A stretch of DNA of 64,000 nt from positions 2,144,064 to 2,208,063 of the forward strand of contig NW_027271164.1 in the NCBI RefSeq assembly GCF_040938485.1. The letters run 5' to 3'. The position numbers were made by a program, and so were the translations under genes. A model generated the notes under the pieces. It was not told the origin of the DNA. It ran no database searches and worked only from the letters and a program-made list of their open reading frames with translations. This DNA comes from Diadema antillarum. Its lineage: Eukaryota. The first letter of the stretch is position 1. Every line of letters starts with the position of its first letter. This document shows, piece after piece, positions 62,139-64,000 of the stretch.

Positions 62139-64000
62139 GGCTGGCTGGCTCTCTGCTTCTCTCTCTGTCTCCCATCAAGAATTCACGACTTTTGCTATTC
62201 ACGCTTTCCCCATGACTCTCCTATAAAGTGTCAAAGTTCACCAAAAGACTTTACGGACTGCTCTCCATAACAACATCTGAACCAACCAGCATCTCTACCT
62301 GAGCAGTGGGTGGGGTGGGTGTTCATGCTCATGGTTGGTTGGGTCAAGGGTCAATATTCCTCTAATTCCCCCCCCCCCCCCCCCCCCCCATGGCATTGCA
62401 AGCAAACATCACCTGCTGACTGTCGGCAGCACTCATGTTATACTTCCCTATGAGATACAAGAATTTCAGAAAAGGCCGTCCTCAACTCTCCGGAAATAAC
62501 AAGGCCAAAATAAAATGTGCCGCAAGATGTTGCACCCGTATCTTTAGAAATGTTTCTTTACATTTTTAAACCGATCAAAATGCCATTACGCTGTGTTTTA
62601 CATATCATTCATATTTCAGATTTTATTTTTTTTCTCCTGAAATCAGCTCACTAGATATTGCAAAGATTAAATAAGATTACAAACCCATCACTAAAATTTA
62701 CTACTAAGTTAACAAAATCACTTCCTGTGTCATTTTAGATCAAGATGCAATTTCATCAGAAATATATAGTGAGGAAAATTAGATTTTTTTTAGTGATATA
62801 TATGTACGCTGTATAAAAGATAATAACTGCACACATTAAATAGACGTTCATATTTCGTAGGACAATTAAAGATCCAATCCCTATCTAATTTGCATTTGCA
62901 TATCCAGATATCTAAAAAATCAGATATCCAGAAAACCCATCTCTCTCTCTCTCTCTCTTATTTACTTTCATTCGCCACATACCTCTCAGTTTTCGTCCTG
63001 AAAATTACGTCGCCGAATCGTTAAAGTGATGCGCTACAAAATTTAGCAACTAAGAGATCAATCGAACGTCATATTACCAAGTATACTTTTTTTCGTATTT
63101 CCGGGCTGCCGTCGATGCAAAAGTAACTCCACCACTAGTAAGGCACCACCTTCCAGTTTGATGGCATTTCATTACCTTCCGAGATCATATGGACAGTCAT
63201 AATCAAATTAGTTTTGAAATTTGCTGCTGCAATAACCCAATAAATGTATCCAGTTTCTCGAGGATTTAAGATAAGGGAATCGCACTTTTGCAAATGAAAA
63301 AGTGGAAAACACTGGAGGAAAATGCCAGCACAACGGAAGAAATGCGGCGGGAGGGGAAAAAATAGACAGCTGAATAGCTGGAAGGATAGGAAGATGAATA
63401 GCTGAGTATATGTAACAATATAGATTAATATGAAGATAGAGAAATTGGTATAATTGAAGAGAAACGTGTGTTCATTATGCGATGATGGCCGAAAATCAGA
63501 AGGAAGATACAAGAAATAGGAATTATTCTTCCAAAAGCTCGTAAGCCTGCATTGAAGCAAAGAGACAGATGAAGTATGATATAACACTTTGACGACTGTT
63601 AGACGGACTCAGCAAGAACTATGATCAAAAGTAATTGCATTACCATGGGGATGTGACGTAACGTGAGCTTAACGGTGTGAATCTCGCCAGAGCATATTTT
63701 GATTGCTAATTATGCGTACAAAATAACTGTATTCCCCTGAGCTTTGATTGTAGGAGTTTAATGAAGACTTCTGGCTATTTTGCATGTAATTATGTGCACG
63801 TGTTCCAGTTTAAATTCTCCCAATACAATAAACTAGACTTAACAGTGGCGGATCCAGAGGGGGCGCACCGGGCTCGTGCCCCCTCTTTATTTTTATTTTT
63901 TTGCTAAAACAAAAGAAATACAAAGAAAAAATGGGGGGGGGGGCGTGCGCCCCCCTTTAATTTTGTAAAAGCGCCTCCCCATTACTGAATTCCTGGATCC

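Overview
This window is eukaryotic (metazoan) nuclear DNA, not a prokaryotic locus. It contains spliced multi-exon genes with GT-AG introns, many microsatellites such as (CA)n and (AT)n, MITE-like elements and a LINE fragment, so no operon-type system is present. Three gene loci can be supported from the sequence. (1) On the minus strand, 4079-12120, a 10-exon cholinesterase/carboxylesterase type-B gene with an intact Ser-Glu-His triad, three conserved disulfides and a terminal exon encoding an AChE T-peptide (WAT)-like tail. Its first exon and promoter are duplicated at 573-734, because the window begins inside a tandem repeat of this gene (offset about 10.88 kb). (2) On the plus strand, about 19.7-45.8 kb, a vault poly(ADP-ribose) polymerase (PARP4-like) gene of at least 26 exons. 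It has a PARP helical domain, a PARP catalytic domain with an H-Y-E triad, VIT and vWA domains and an MVP-binding-like C-terminus. One 1.75 kb exon contains about 30 tandem 36-bp (12-aa, AEPVMM-type) coding repeats. A 5'-truncated non-LTR retrotransposon (RT, RNase H and CCHC) lies in the 7.2 kb intron. (3) At about 55.1-55.8 kb on the plus strand, a TATA-box promoter, a non-coding first exon and a second exon starting with MDAEEYRKRG, the N-terminal signature of group-II PLP-dependent aromatic amino-acid or histidine decarboxylases. The remainder of that gene was not found in the window. Other content includes several MITE/foldback elements, a 60-bp satellite, recurrent G-run/C-run palindromes and a CpG-rich island of unknown function. 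Exon boundaries were placed by hand from GT/AG signals and reading-frame continuity and may be off by a few nucleotides. Domain calls rest on recalled protein-family signatures, not on database searches.
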